A stretch of DNA of 64,000 nucleotides, taken from the NCBI GenBank assembly GCA_040954595.2, contig CM082597.2:3929924-3993923 (forward strand). The letters are read 5' to 3'. Positions 37,976 through 52,900 of this stretch are shown here, in pieces. Origin of the DNA: Balanoglossus misakiensis. Lineage: Eukaryota > Animalia > Hemichordata. The notes under the pieces were generated by a model. It worked only from the letters and a program-made list of their open reading frames with translations, was not told where the DNA came from and searched no databases. A program made the position numbers and the translations under genes. Each line of letters opens with the position of its first letter. The stretch's first letter is position 1.

Positions 37976-40180
37976 ATGACCCCTTTGATCAAGCTTTTTG
38001 TTATTTTTGCATTGGCAGTGCACACTGAGAGTACAGTAAGTATCGACAAATTCATATCTCTTTGTGGTGTAAACATCCAACGTACAATAACTGGGAGAAG
38101 TTACATATGTGCAGTTCTATCCAACCCTACCAACGCACATATACATACACATAAGCGCAAGAATTTAAAATATAGATAACAAAGATATTTTTTTAAGGGT
38201 TTGGTGGAACTTAGTGAGGCTGATGTTATCGAAATCGCAGAGACAATCTTCGGCGTAGCAGATACCAACGGTGAGATTAACGGCTAGTTATATTTTTCGA
38301 AACAGCCAAACGACGAAACATGGACATTTTAAACATACCATGCATGGTTAGTTTCTACATATTTGCAGCGAGACTTGCAAGAGTGATGTACAGAGTATTA
38401 TTGATAATACATGGATTATTTTGTAGTTTTTTTACGAAACATACAATTTTGTTATTAAATAACCCTGGTAGTTTCCATTGTGTACTGTAAGATACTCTAA
38501 TAATGCAAAAATTGAAAAAGAGAAAAACATTATTTTCAGGCTGCGAAGCACCAGACGAAATGCGATGTGTATCAGACTGTGGAATTGAATGTCGGAAATT
38601 CCTCGACTGTCGCGACCAACTCTGCTCCGTTTGTTTCACTCCTTACGAAAGAGCCAAGTGTGTGCATGCCGATAAATTAGTGGACAGTATGGAAACAGGT
38701 AGGATATATGATGTTCTGAGCAAAGTATATAAATCTATGTAGTTCCAGAAGGTAGTCAAATTATAAAATGGTTAAAATGGGCGACCAATTGCACAAGGAG
38801 TCATAGTGCTAAACCATATCCAGGAAGACCGACGGGAATACAGATTGTGTATTTATACACATAAAAGTAGCACATGTGCAGTTCAGGCGAACTTTCAGTT
38901 TCTTGTAAAGTTATCTTCAACGCTGGAAGTCCGACAAGCAGTTTCAATCTTACCATGTATAAGGCTAATTGTTTTATATATTCGTTTACTTACACTGTAA
39001 CATACAGCGTATATGATGTCTGTTCTTTTATAGGAGTGATTGACTTTGAAGGAGCTTCGGTTGTTACAAAGTTTATGGCTTCTATGCCATTTTCCCAAGC
39101 CAGCTGTAAGTATCATGGTTTGCAGCCAGCCTGGATTTGTTCCATATCTTGCTCGGGCATTGGCTAAGGCTACGTTTTTACGAACAGTGGAGCCTCGCAA
39201 TAACGATGACGCACGAGTCTGGTCATCAAATCACATATACCCCGACCACTATCATCATAAGCATCGTCATCGATGCTTTCCTTTAGTTACAAAGCAAGCA
39301 AGGGTACCCTGAAGTCTGAAACGATGCAAATAATGCCCATGACACATGTATCTTGATTTGTTATGTCACTAGTTTGTGCAGATGGAAGATTTGTCTGCGA
39401 TGAAGTTGAAGATGGGTGTGTGGCGTTTGAGAACATCTGTGATGATCACAATCCAATGGACTGTGTGTGTGATCTTGGGACAGCTCACCGAATTGCCAGT
39501 TTCATTCTACGCTCACGTAAGTATTACAACTACGATCTATCACATGCCACAGTAGGCCTATAGGTAGAAGCTTTTCAAAGTAAAGCCAAACAGTTAATAT
39601 TTATTAGGAGTAAAAACCTTTTATCCAGTGATTTTGTTTTATCTAATTCCCGAATAAAACTAATAAACAGCCTGTAATTTACATATACATTACCACACTG
39701 CCGGCATTTAAGTGTTCCCGCTGTTCAGGAGACTCTGCCAATCAATGCATTCATGTCATCAAAGTAAACTGGTAAAGATGATAAAAAGTAACGATACCTC
39801 GTTCAACACGATCTAATACAAAGTAACAACCACGTTGTTTGCAATGATGTACATTGTAGCAGTTACACTACAGTGCAATACAAAGTAACAACCACATTGT
39901 TTTCAATGATGTACATTGTAGCAGTTACACTACAGTGTAACACAAAGTAACAACCACATTGTTTGCAATGATGTACATTGTAGCAGTTATACTACAGTGT
40001 AATACAAAGTAACAACCACATTGTTTGCAATGATGTACATTGTACCAAAAATTACCTTCTGTGTCTACTGTGACTTAGTAGCAACTTCTATAGTATGGGA
40101 ACCATACAGACAGATGGCACAACACTCATCTTTGCATTCTTTTTATTTGATTTTTTATAGACAAGTTATTCAGAGAGTAG
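37976..40180 (+). CDS. Small secreted cysteine-rich protein, 175 aa, 6 exons
   Basis: Exons 37976-38035, 38198-38270, 38540-38698, 39034-39105, 39373-39516, 40161-40180 in phase; signal peptide MTPLIKLFVIFALAVHTES. Confidence 0.72.
39815..40044. repeat. 62-bp tandem repeat, about 3.7 copies
   Basis: Units start at 39815, 39877, 39939, 40001 (AATACAAAGTAACAACCACATTGTTTGCAATGATGTACATTGTAGC...). Confidence 0.92.
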
Positions 40181-40954
40181 CAGGCTGTTGAAGTTGTCAT
40201 TCAAGAAGTCCACAATGACAACTATACCCACCATTGTGGTTTCATCAGCTGCTCATGTCTGCATGATGAAAGACATAATTATAGAAAAGCATTTGTTTCG
40301 TTTCACTTTTTTATTCACTAAATGCATGATGATAATGTCAAGATTATTTCCTTGACTTTTTCCAACAATATACATTCATCATACCATGTATTATTACCAG
40401 CTTAATGTATACTCTCACAAATGATAATGTGTTTGATTTCAACTATTAGACTAACAACACTTGCCTTATATATGAGCATAGACAGTAGAGACTGACTATT
40501 GCCTATATAAGGAACATAACTTGACGTTGTTGTCATTTAGTCTATAGTTTCTCCATAGGTATACAACATAATACTGTACATGAATTTTCTTTTATGGATT
40601 GTCTGTACATTTCGTCGAATTCTATTGTAGTACAATCGAAATAAATCATACATATTAAAGCCCCATAAGAAGGATTAATGTATTGTGTTTACAATGCCTT
40701 GAAATCAAAAACCAACTTAAGTTATCATGACATTTTAAAGTATCACACTACAGACCAGCAACTCCAACATGAATCAACTTGTTCAATAGAGATTCAGACT
40801 CCATAGTTTCTGCTTGCAATATGTGTACAACACCTTGTTAAAACCCATTTTAACCATATCCTATCTATCAAAAAAAAAACGTAAACTGCAAAAAGTTTCC
40901 AGAATCAAATGTTTCAGTCCACATCATCATACACTGCTTATATTTAAAGACACG

Positions 40955-43900
40955 TCATATACTGCTTATACATAAGGATGCATTTGTCCCTCCAAAACCA
41001 AAGCTGTTAGTTAGAGCAACTTTTCTTCCACATTGGGGCACTGTCCATGGTTGAGATTCACAAGGAACATAGTTGAGGTCAAAATCATCCGTTGTTTCTG
41101 TAAGGTTTAGTGTCGGTGGTAATATGCCCTGTAGATGAGACATATGAACGAAATTATTACATGCACAACCTCACAAATGCTAGTTCATATTCAAACCAAT
41201 TTTCCAAGAGGCATTGCTGATAAGTAAACATTTCCTTGGGATTTTCATACGACACTTTAGGAATGTACTGGCCATGCTGCAACATATCTTTACAACATTC
41301 GTGGCAGTTGAACCCATTCCAAATATCAGTGCATTGCTTGCTCAAAAATTTATGCTGGTTCCCTAGCCATCAACTCACCGTGTGGCAAGCCATCATAGTG
41401 AATGCAGCTTCCAGGGCCCCAGCAGCACCAAGTAAATGTCCAGTAGCACCTTTGGTAGAGGAGACTGCTAGATTCTGGCTGTGTTCACCAAATACTGTCT
41501 TAACTGCTCTGTTTTCTATTGCGTCTCCTGGAATTATAATAGTTTGCAATGAATGGGATGGGATGTACGAGAGGTTTAATCACACGTCAAATTTCAGTAT
41601 TTTCTCTAATACATTCATGTTAAGTTACTGACTCTCTCTCTCCCTCTCTTTCCCTCTTACACACACACACACACACACAGCTCTACATGATGAAAAAGCT
41701 AGCTGCGTCTAACTACAAACGGACAACAATCAACAAGAAGACAATAACTGTACATTACTAGTTGTGCATTACAAAATTCTGCTATTTACAGGAAATCTAA
41801 TTTTAATGCTGAGCGATGTTCTGGACGAGCACAACATACAATGCTCTCTGCTACAAGTGCACATGCCCGCATCACCTGTATTTGTACTACAGGTAACGCC
41901 AGTTGCTGTATAATAATACATTGTTACCCAGTGGAGTTGATGTGGCATGTGCATTGACATATGTTATGTCTTCTCTGTTCACACCACTATCTCTCATGGC
42001 TTGCTGCATACATCTTATTGCCCCATTCCCATCCTCACTTGGGGCAGTCATGTGACTTGCATCACCTGTTGTCATGGAAACAAAGCCAGAAATGTAAATC
42101 TTTGGCCAATCTAATTTAGACGAAAAAATGTGAACATTAATGCAATACTTGAGATGTTGGCTTTGGATCTGTTCTGAAGTGCAATATGTATACACAAAAG
42201 AATTTTTTTTCTTATCCTAGTACCAACCTGACAGGCCATATCCCAAGATTTCTGCATACATACTGGCTCCCCTGCTGATTGCATGGTTGTATTCCTGTGG
42301 AAAAAAAAAGTTATCTGAGCTCCATAGTTGTTAGACATTGCTTGAATTCAGATAACAACTAATAACTACTATACTATTCTTAGCCCATATTAAGTTAAAA
42401 ATAATTTATTTCACGAAATATCTATTTACAATTATCTTTTCAATTTCCTGTAATTTGAGACTTCGATTTACATCTCTGTCGCATTAGCTTATTTAATACT
42501 CTCCCTATGATATTCTTTCTTGATGATATTTATTAACCTGTTAATCACCATGGTTCGCCCCAACTCCATTGTTTCAATGGACCTTTATACTGGCAAATGG
42601 GGGTAAAAGGGTTAAATGTATGTTAAGTTTTTCTCGGTATATTAAATTCAATCAATGTATAAAATAATAAACCATGAATAATTCGAACGCCATTTTCCTG
42701 TTGGAATATGGCCAAGAATGCATATTAATTTTACACATATCATATTTTCATATGTTTGTACACGCTCACCTCCAGTACAACTACGACAGCGCCCTCACCC
42801 ATCACAAATCCATCTCTATCCGGATGGAATGGTCTTGACGCTTTCTCTGGACATTCATTGAACTGTGTACTCAATGCTCTTGCTCTAAAAAGCAACAACA
42901 AATTTGATGATGCAAAATTATTATATATTTTTCGCTTGGGATAAATCAATTACATGTACTTTCTTTGACCCTACAGAAATGCTCTAGGCAATATACTTGC
43001 CCCTGTAAGCACAGAACATTTATCAAATACTTCAAACATTAGCATACCTCCCATTTCAGATTTTTTATGGGATCAAAAATCAAAAACAGGATTCACCTGC
43101 AAAATCCTGCCATGGCTAGGGGGTTAATGGAGGCTTCAGTTCCCCCGGCAACCATGACATCGGCATCTCCATTCCTTACAAATCTCATGGCGTCTCCCAA
43201 CGCATGGCATCCAGTGGTGCATGCGGTGGATACAGCATGGTTTGGCCCCTGTAGACACAGAAAAAAATAAATCCTAGAAATTGACATCAATACTTTGGGT
43301 TGCCATGTGAACAGACCGAGATCTATGGTGCTGCCTAAATCTCTCATAGAGGAGCGAGTATGTGCAGCTATACAGACCCAACATTTACATTACAATAAGT
43401 ATAACATTTTCAAAAGAAAATGAGTTTCTTACCATCAGTTTGTGTTTGATACTGATGTGGCCAGCTGCCATGTTCACAAGAATTCTTGGCACAAAGTATG
43501 GACTGACTTTGTTGTAACCCTGTTGATATAAAATATATTTCATAAAAAGTATGGTTGGCAGAATTACCTCACAAGAGGTGGTTTCACATGACTTGTGTTT
43601 CTATACTTTTTTCAACAAACTAATGTTGTAAAATTTGAAAATTCAATCGAGGTAGGAAGACTGACAAAACAGGATTGAAAATATCTTTTACCATTTTACC
43701 TTAGTCCTCAGCGCAATCCCGGAATCCACTATTTCATTCAGTCCAACCATTCCCATGCCAACTGCTACACCCTGAGAATGGAGCAACTCCAATAAACATG
43801 GGTATCAGGACAGCTGCCCCCTGGGTATTTAACATCCACATGTTCCCAAACTTACCAATGGGGGAGGTGTGTGGTGGATGAATGTCCAGGGGGTGTATGT

Positions 43901-44682
43901 CCTAGAACCAATAAAAGTGGCACAGAGCAAAAATACCATACTTGGCAACTTACTGTTCTGTGTTGATCCTCTTCATTGTCTGGTGCCCACTTTGCTTGAG
44001 CGAGGGACTCCTCTGTGGCTGCCAGAGCGAATACAGTGGCTTCTGACATGCTACGTTGTTGCTGTGAAATGAGAAAGCCTTGAGTAAGACACACAGCCAT
44101 ATACATGCACAGACGCATGAATATAATTCAAGGGTACACTCTAAGGAGGACTCAATACTTATGGCTTATTATACAGATATCCAGGGGGGTCACTATCTTG
44201 ACACCATTCTATGACACACGTACCGATTTTGAGACATACTTCTCAGCTATGAACTCCCCCTCACTGTCTCCACGTGGAACATGTCCAGCTGTTTGGAAAC
44301 AGAAATGAAACACACAGTAATTGACAGTGTAATTCCTTCAATACTATTCCAAAGATGAAACAATGCCGAAAATGTTGACTTCAAGATTCACAATTGAAGC
44401 TGAAAAGAAACTGAATTTTCCATTCTGGTGTAACTTACCAACTTTAGAAGGTATTGAGTCATATCCTTCACCTTTGATTCTGGTAATTCCACTGTGACCC
44501 TGAATCAATCTGTTCCATGCGTGTTGTGTTCCCACTCCAAGTGGACATACAATACCTAAGTGTTAGGAACAATACATAAGGCCGAAGTTGAAAATTGGTG
44601 AAAGATGATTTTTTGTAAGTTTATGTGTCTATCTATCAGGAAAATTAAAATCAAATCATCATCATCATCATCATCATCATCG

Positions 44683-44735
<53 letters not shown>

Positions 44736-45211
44736 AATCTGATCATCATCATCGTCATCTCGAACTGTGGCCCAGCAGTGGAGACACATATTCGAAATAC
44801 TGATGTGTCGTGTGTAATGCATTAAGTGGTCAATTAGTTGTCAATGACCAACACACACCATATCAAAGCTGGGCGGGGTCGAGGCCCAGGCCAGGAAAGT
44901 GGGCGTGGCACGTCATGTTAGTGTTGGACAGCAAACGTCGCCCGCTCATTAGCTGCAGTACGGTAACTCCAGCTTTTGCCCGGAGTTGGGGATCCGTCGT
45001 CTACCCCTAACACCAGGCTACTGTCACCGTGATCAAGCAAAGCCTCGACCTTGGCCGTCGGTACGGAGCTGGGGACATGTGTACATAATGTGTAGTATGT
45101 ACTGTACATGGACTTACCTATGCCCGTAACTACAACACGTCGTCGACTACTCTCCGAATAGAGTCTTCGAATGATTTTTGTATGAAGACGTATCCGGCTA
45201 AATATTTTCAT
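40955..45211 (-). CDS. OXSM: Mitochondrial 3-oxoacyl-ACP synthase (FabF-type), multi-exon
   Basis: Basic presequence [19 protein letters not shown] then RRVVVTGIG; motifs STACTTG (catalytic Cys), [52 protein letters not shown] across about 12 exons. Confidence 0.95.
44655..44758. repeat. (CAT)n microsatellite
   Basis: Visible run in the first OXSM intron. Confidence 0.9.
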
Positions 45212-48200
45212 GTTTCTCAACGAGTTAGGAAGACTATTAGCGATTAATAGCGTCACGATCGCGGCGTTTTCAAAACCTTCCTTTCATCATTCATGTACGC
45301 CGCCATGTTGGGACTGCAATGTTGTGTTGTACCCTTTTACGGCTCCTGTGTGCGACGAGAATATTATGATACATCAGAATGATCAGATGCATTTATTTTT
45401 ATAACAACCATTTAGTTACTACTCACAGCTGCTAGGAAACAATAAAACTCGACTAGGTGGGATTTTTGATGGTGAAATATAAGTTGCTTGCAAATTCGTC
45501 GTAATATGCTGATTGCCGTAATGTAATGCTTATTCTAACCGAGTTAAGTGGTCTAAGAATGACCAGTCAGGAGTGTTATATTTCAACACCTTCATCACTA
45601 AGGATGCTGGACTGATGAAGACAACCAGTTCATCTCCATCTCTCTTCGACATTTCCCATTCCGACTGACAGATTATTTGACCAGAGAAGGTAAGATGCAT
45701 TGAACAATGTGTTGTGACATCTTGCAATTCTCAGCATTCTGTAAATATTATGTTGACAAACTGCAAGAGAACACATCTCTCTTTTCTTTCTCTTTTCTTA
45801 AAAAATTCCATACCATACAATATTAAGCTTGCAAGCAAGTTTTTTTGCAAATGATAAAATCTATAATGTTCTGTTACAATAAAAAGATGCAGCTAAATTC
45901 TCTCAAACTTCATCATTTCATCTTTTAATAAATATTTCTTGGGAATATAAAATATGTATATTTTATTCAAGAACGTAAGTTTTATATATTCCAAGAAATT
46001 TCCTTTATTAAATAATATCTGAATTTACCAAAAAGGCAACCACTTAGAGTTATTATAATCACACGCAGTCTGCCAAAGGCAATATATCATTAATGTAACA
46101 CTTAAAGCCGGATGCCTTAATCGTCTTGTGATCAGCAAATGGTCACAGTCATATTTGATTTATGTACACGCATTGATCTGTGACATTTACTGAGAGACAC
46201 CGGTGATAATCGTGAATCGTGTTCTGCTGCTGGGCTTAAATTGTTTGCCTGTGACTCATTCAATAATGAGGAAAAATTACTGAAATGTGCCAAATTGATG
46301 TGTATCTAATATATCAAGATATACATGTATATACATACAATATGTATATATGTATATGCATTTATACATATACACACACTATCACACACACACATACAGC
46401 TACCCCCCCCCCCAGAAACTATGAATTACACATATAGTAAACTTTATATATATTTATATAAAATACATATATAAAGTTTACTATATATGGACATATATTA
46501 TATACGAATATATAAAGATATATACACATACATGTATATATAATATATGTATATATGTATATGCATTTATATATATATAGACACACACTCACACACAACT
46601 ATCCCTCCAGCCCCCACCCCCAGAAACTATGTTGAATTACACATGTATTCACTATATGGTTTTCAGTTTTATATACAGTACTTCCCAAACCACTCAGAGT
46701 ACACAGTTACCCAGGCAATTTTAAAAAGTCTGACTTTGATAAAAGAAGTAAAAAGATATATTAATCATATATTGGTCACATTACTGCAAAGTTGACTATG
46801 TAATTACCTGGTATTACCTGGATATGTTCCCAAAATTTAGTTGCTAGGAATCAAATTAGATTCAAATGGTTACCAGGGAACAAATGTGTACATGCATTAA
46901 CATTACTGTTTGCCTAGGCTACAAAATCCATCAATATATATATTTAATTATTTGTGAAATATGAAACAGTTGCCATTTTCTCAGCAGCAGAAAACGTGAT
47001 CAAAGATCACAGGTACGTGTGACAGAGCACAACATTTCCAGACAGCACTTAAAGGTTACCCAGCAGCTGAAAGTATTTTCCCTTTAGGAGAATAATCCAC
47101 TGCCCTGTTGCCTTCCTGTTTCTGAACAAAACGCAAGGATCTGTTGAACTCTCGGGCACAGAACAGTTGTATTTATCAGTGGATTTCTGAATAGATCTCA
47201 GTATGCATATTATATAGGGTTAGATTTCTATTCAATATGCTGAATACTATATTATTCACATTTTTTCATTCCTGAGTTCCTGACAACATATTAAATATAA
47301 AACCAAATTTACTCATAAATATACCCATAGCTATAGGTGATCATGCTTGAATGAACTTAGGTATTAGGGGTGGCAATCAGGTAAAATTTACTGCATGCCC
47401 AGATTAACTGTAGATTAGTATGAACCTTTGACATTTCCAGAGCATTTATACTTCTCAGTGGATGGTAATTTTCATGAACCGTTAGTAAGGAATTAAATCT
47501 GTGTAGTGTGTGTGTGCTTTGCTGTTTTATCAAGATATCACTCTAGACTACAGATTTTTATTTTTACTGGGGGATTATGCACATATCAATATGAGTTATA
47601 TGAATCCCACAAAAATGCAATTGCTTCATAGAAACAGGCGTGTGCAATGCATAGTGTGTTAAACTAGTGTACATCAGGCAATTTCTAGAACCAGCTCTTT
47701 TATTGATGCAGATGTTATTACCAGATTTTCTGTCAATTAGCCTGATTAGGTAATTAGCTCCACTCAATATAACATTATTGACAGTTTGAATGTAGGTGAC
47801 ACCTTTTTCAACAAGGCATGTTTTCACACATTTGTGTTAATTCACAATGTGTGAAAAGAAAATTGCTCCAGTCTGATATGCATGTACACATAACCTACAG
47901 AGTAATATTCAAATATTTATTCGTCCCTTGATGACAATAAATAGGGCAAAATATCAGTATTCAGTACCACCTTTACTCACTCCAGCAATATTATATGCCA
48001 ATTCCTTTACGGTTATTGGGTGGATTATTGATGCCTGCAAATATTAAAGTTGGCAAAATTTATGAAATCATGGTTGAAAATGTTCAAATGTTACAGCACA
48101 TTACGACAGAAAAAATGTGATGTTCAAAGTATTAAGCACAATCATTCACAATACAGTTCAAACTATGTATGTGTGTGTGTGTGCAGTATCTGTGCTTTTG

Positions 48201-49009
48201 TAATCATGAGTGCTCCCAAAGAGTTGATCCTTCATCCTGCTTGATGGCCATTTGTACACTCTGATTGATGTGCTGTACGTATCTAAATTGAAGAGGAACC
48301 CAGGCCTTGTCAGTGGATCGATTAAGATACAAAGCTTGAAAAATGCATTAGTGGCTGATAGCCAGGTGCTAATCCTGACATGTCCGTGCGAATGTATCGA
48401 CTGGGAATTACCTGATTCTGTTTTTCACGAGAACTTGACTTTGTCCATTTCTCATGAATTCAAAACGTGTCTGAAATGTCACAGAACGCCTCCCCCTTCC
48501 CAAATGTAGACTTGAGATAAAATTTACTTTTGAGGAAATACTGTGCATTTCCGTGCCATCTGTTTCATTCCCAAGCCAATGGTATTTTAGTAAACAGCTG
48601 TGTCCACTACTACACATAAGATATTGTGCATTTCATGGTTGTTTCCAGGAAACCAGTTAGAAGTAAATTTGCATTTCATGATTGATCACCGACTTGCTTC
48701 CACAATCCACCCTCTTTAAGATCATGCCATAAAACTCGTAGGAGTGAATTTTTCATTTGTTTGTATTTCATTGTATGTCTGAAAAATATTGACAGCGAGG
48801 TTGTTTGGTTGAGAAAAAATGCATAAGTAGAAAGAAAGATTGAGACAATCCTATTCTCTGCTTGTCAATGTAAAACTAACCTACTTGTACTACATGTACA
48901 TGTATGACCATTACAAGGTTTAGAATCCTTTAGCAGTGATAGATGTGCTACAATGAAAATGGTTTGAGCTGCACAGAAGAAATGTACTGACTATTGATAA
49001 GGAAAAAAT

Positions 49010-49118
49010 AATTGTATAAATTGTTGCTAGTTTTCAGTTGAAAAGAAACAATTATTGTATAAATTGTTGCTAGTCTTCAGTTGAAAAGAAACAATTATTG
49101 TATAAATTGTTGCAAGTC
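49010..49118. repeat. 43-bp tandem repeat, about 2.5 copies
   Basis: Repeats of ATTGTATAAATTGTTGCTAGT.TTCAGTTGAAAAGAAACAATT. Confidence 0.85.
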
Positions 49119-49951
49119 TAACAAAGGGTGATACATTCTTATCACTAAAGTATTCATTACGGTCTAGACCACAGGTGGCTTTTCATTTTCATTCTAGTGA
49201 AGGTGGTAAGAATTCCAGACTCAGCAACAGAGCAAGATTTGAAAGGCTTAGAAATATTTACTGTTCTCATATTCATTCTGTTTTGCAGGTTGTGCGTGGA
49301 TAGATCAGACCTCCACTAATATGAACAGGACATGAATGTGTGCTGCACCGACCGGCCTTCCTGAAGAAATATAATCACATTTTGAGTGGGTGAAGCTTGA
49401 CTGAGTCTTACAATATACTCACCGAGTTTTTATCCCATCATCACAGAACAAGTATTGCGTACTTTGAAATGCTTTATATGAATAATACAGTCCTTCTGAT
49501 GTTATCGGATATTTTGCTGCATTTAATATTTATTGATATTTGAATAGCTTGGATCATTCCCGGACACCTGGCAGTGTGTGCTTTACTGCAAAACTGAAGG
49601 TCAACATTACAACGAATAAGTGTGCCTGTCTGGTCAGCCATTGACTCATTGATCTGCTGTACAGAAAACTTGACGCAGTGAGTAATTGATTGTTCCTGCA
49701 GTTGAAGCTGGACGGAATCAGAGAAGTTAATCGATAATCGGAAATACAACACTGCTTTCTATGCCTTATTTGCTTTATGTTAGTTTTAACAAAGAAGAGG
49801 TCGACTGCCCGAGCTGTTATTTCTTTTAAAAAGCCAAACAGGCAACAAACTGACAAAGTGACACACATAATCTTCAAGTTTACTTGTAGCATTCTTTGGA
49901 TATGCTTTGATGACATCGCCATCGTCAATACATTCATTGGTTCGTGACAGG

Positions 49952-52900
49952 ATGTCAGCCTTATACACAGCCGTGGTTAAAACAGAAGAAGAAGTCTGCA
50001 CAGACGAAGAGGGAGAAGAAGAAGATGATGATGAACTGTTCTCCACCCCGCAGGCAACGGTTATCAAACCGCTCATGTCACCAAGGAAACGGATCAAGTT
50101 GCCTGACGTGCCTTACGGGAAGAGGAGATATCATTTACATCGACAGGCCGTTGTCAAAAGTGTCGTTTATCTTGTTCTCCTGATTTCCTTGCTCGTCGGA
50201 ATGGCTTTTCTCAGCCTCCAGATCATCAAAGCGCTTGTGAAAGACCCCGGAGGCAGTCGCCATGGCAGCAGGCCCGTGGAGGAAGAGAAGATCGTCAGCT
50301 GCTCTAAATTCAAAGTAGAAGAGGTGTGGACTCAGACACTCCATCAGTTGCTGACGGAAGCAGCTTTCAGATTGAATGACGTGAATAGAGACGGAACACC
50401 TGACGTGGTGATTGGATTTGCAACAGGTGAGTTTGTTTCCATGACAACCAATGATGTGTGTTGGGATTTGTCACTTTCTTCAAGTCGCAAGGGTCATAAA
50501 ATCATCCCAAGGCACCCACACTATGCCTCACACAACCATCATGCATGTTTTTGTTCTAATTATTTTCTCCTTAAGGTATTTTGAAACTATAGTGCTTCCA
50601 GGCTGCATGACTCCCCTTACAAAAAATGTTTTATATATTTCTATCGCATTCTATAGACTTTGATTCTTCTATAATACATGTACATGTATTTAAAAGAAAA
50701 CAAGTCAAAAACTATCTATAGATGTCCACAGAAATGTTATAAATCATAGAAATTCAATAGGCTATAGAATTCTATAGATGTCTATAAAAATATTTTTTTG
50801 TATTTAGGGAAGAAAATATGATTAAGACAGAATATTTATAAGGTTGTAAAACTGATCCAAATAAGTCTCTGTGGCCCACAGGTGATTTGCTGAATCAGTA
50901 ACTGAGCATACATGTATAACACACCTGGGAATTGAAAGTGTAATTATAGCTGACAGTCTGTCTGCATTCAACGTTTCTACACACTAGGGTCAATATTCAC
51001 ACATATACAGTGTTCAGGGAGTTTGGACTCGACCTTTGAAATTTTGGATTTGCGTCGATTGAATGTTTACCCTATTTACTGCATGGCCTCTCTGACTGTT
51101 GACATTTGATATTTTCATAGTGGCATTAATCTTCACGTGTGCGTAGTTGTAAAGGTATAGACTTGCTCCAAGTCTATGAGCTGTAATTATGTCGGAATAA
51201 AATAAAATACATTTCAGCGATGTTTGTTAATAAGCCTAAGTACGCAGTAATGCCCTGAGAATTAAGGTTTGTGTGATTCATAGTTACAGCCCATAGCAAG
51301 CAGCCATAGCAAACATTCAGAAGTAGCAAAAGGTACAAATGGTTACATTGTAAGACTAAATTTATAGTTAATGTTTAAGACACTGTGGTCACATAAAAGT
51401 GACATAAAATACACACACACAATGACAAAACAGAAGCCATTAGTCAAGCAACAAGTTGGGTAGTCTACTGTGAATGTTAATCTTGTAAACTGAGTTGAAC
51501 AATATGACCTTACATGGTTAAAAGGGTGTGGCTAAGTCCTTCAGTGACCATGTGGTGGTGCCCTTTTACCACATGTTCACCCAAGTGAAAACCAGTGATT
51601 TTCTTAAGAGATAATGTGTAGACGTAGAATGTTTCTATTAGGGAGAATTATAAGGAGTTTGAATTGCACAATTGCAACTTAGTGACGAGAGCTTGGATTG
51701 GCATGTCTGTATCTACCATTCACATTTACTCCATTCATAGGTGCTGACCGTTACTTCGCAGAGCCGATACTTTGCGATCTCTACTTCAACGGCTTCCATC
51801 CCTGCCTTGGGGGGCTTCTTGCACTGGACGGGAAAACCGGTAAAGAATTATGGAGGCATTATTCTGAACATGAAATATTCGGTGTCAATTGCAACGTCGA
51901 TATTGACAGCGATGGAGTCAGAGACTGTTTGGGTGCGGGAAGGGGTGGGGTAAGTTGTCTGCTGAAGTTTTCTCTAAAGCACTGCAGTCGTTGTTTAAAA
52001 CAAAAAATGATTTGTACGATTTGCAAATTAAGTGACTTTATGATGCTATTTTAAAAGAGTCACATTGCAACGTCGACACTATTAAAAACTTAGTTCTGGC
52101 CAGTTCTGTAGCCAAGCAAAGAGCATGAATATGAGCTACCATTTTAACTTGCCTTTTATTGTCAGCCTCTTTTTTCCCAATAATGTCCAACTACTCCTGA
52201 GCCATAGGTACAATTTACTATCATTTGTGGACAAAAATGCAATCACCTATAATTCTTCTTTATATATATGAATAATAAAATAGTACTTTCATGTATAGTC
52301 ACAAACATGATATGGTATGATGCATTAGATTTTCATTTTCCCAGGCAACTGTGGGTTCATTGGCATTGGATTAAATTCTCACTTTCCATGGTGTGTGATC
52401 ATAGGTGACCCATATTGGATGTTTGACTCCCCAGGTATTCCATGCAGTAAGTGGGGCTACAGGAAAGTTGCTATGGCGATTCGACGAACACGAAGCCAAG
52501 GTGGACATCAGTAATTTGTACACGCCTCAGTTTATCCGCGATATGAACGGTGACGGGATACAAGACGTGCTGGCTATGCATGGAGGGGATCCCCTCAGAC
52601 AACCTGGTAAGTGTGTAGTCACTAAAGTACTGTCTACAGTACAGATCTAAGTGTTGTTTTCCAGTTTTCTAACAGTGTACTGTCTTGAAATTTTGTTGTG
52701 ATAATTTTTTTTAAGAATATTAAATATTAGTTTAATTTTTAATTTTTTCAGATGATTTTGACAAATAATCTCAGCATCCATGTTCACTTCCAGGTCACAT
52801 TTTGTTCAAATTGTCAACGTCTTAATTTTAAGTAGGCAGTACTTATCTATCGTAGCATTATATAGCCACAACATACTTGTACATGTATACACTAGCTTGT

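Noticed and set aside
39815-40044. Regular repeats resembling a CRISPR array
   Set aside because: No unique spacers, eukaryotic intron, no cas genes; a minisatellite.
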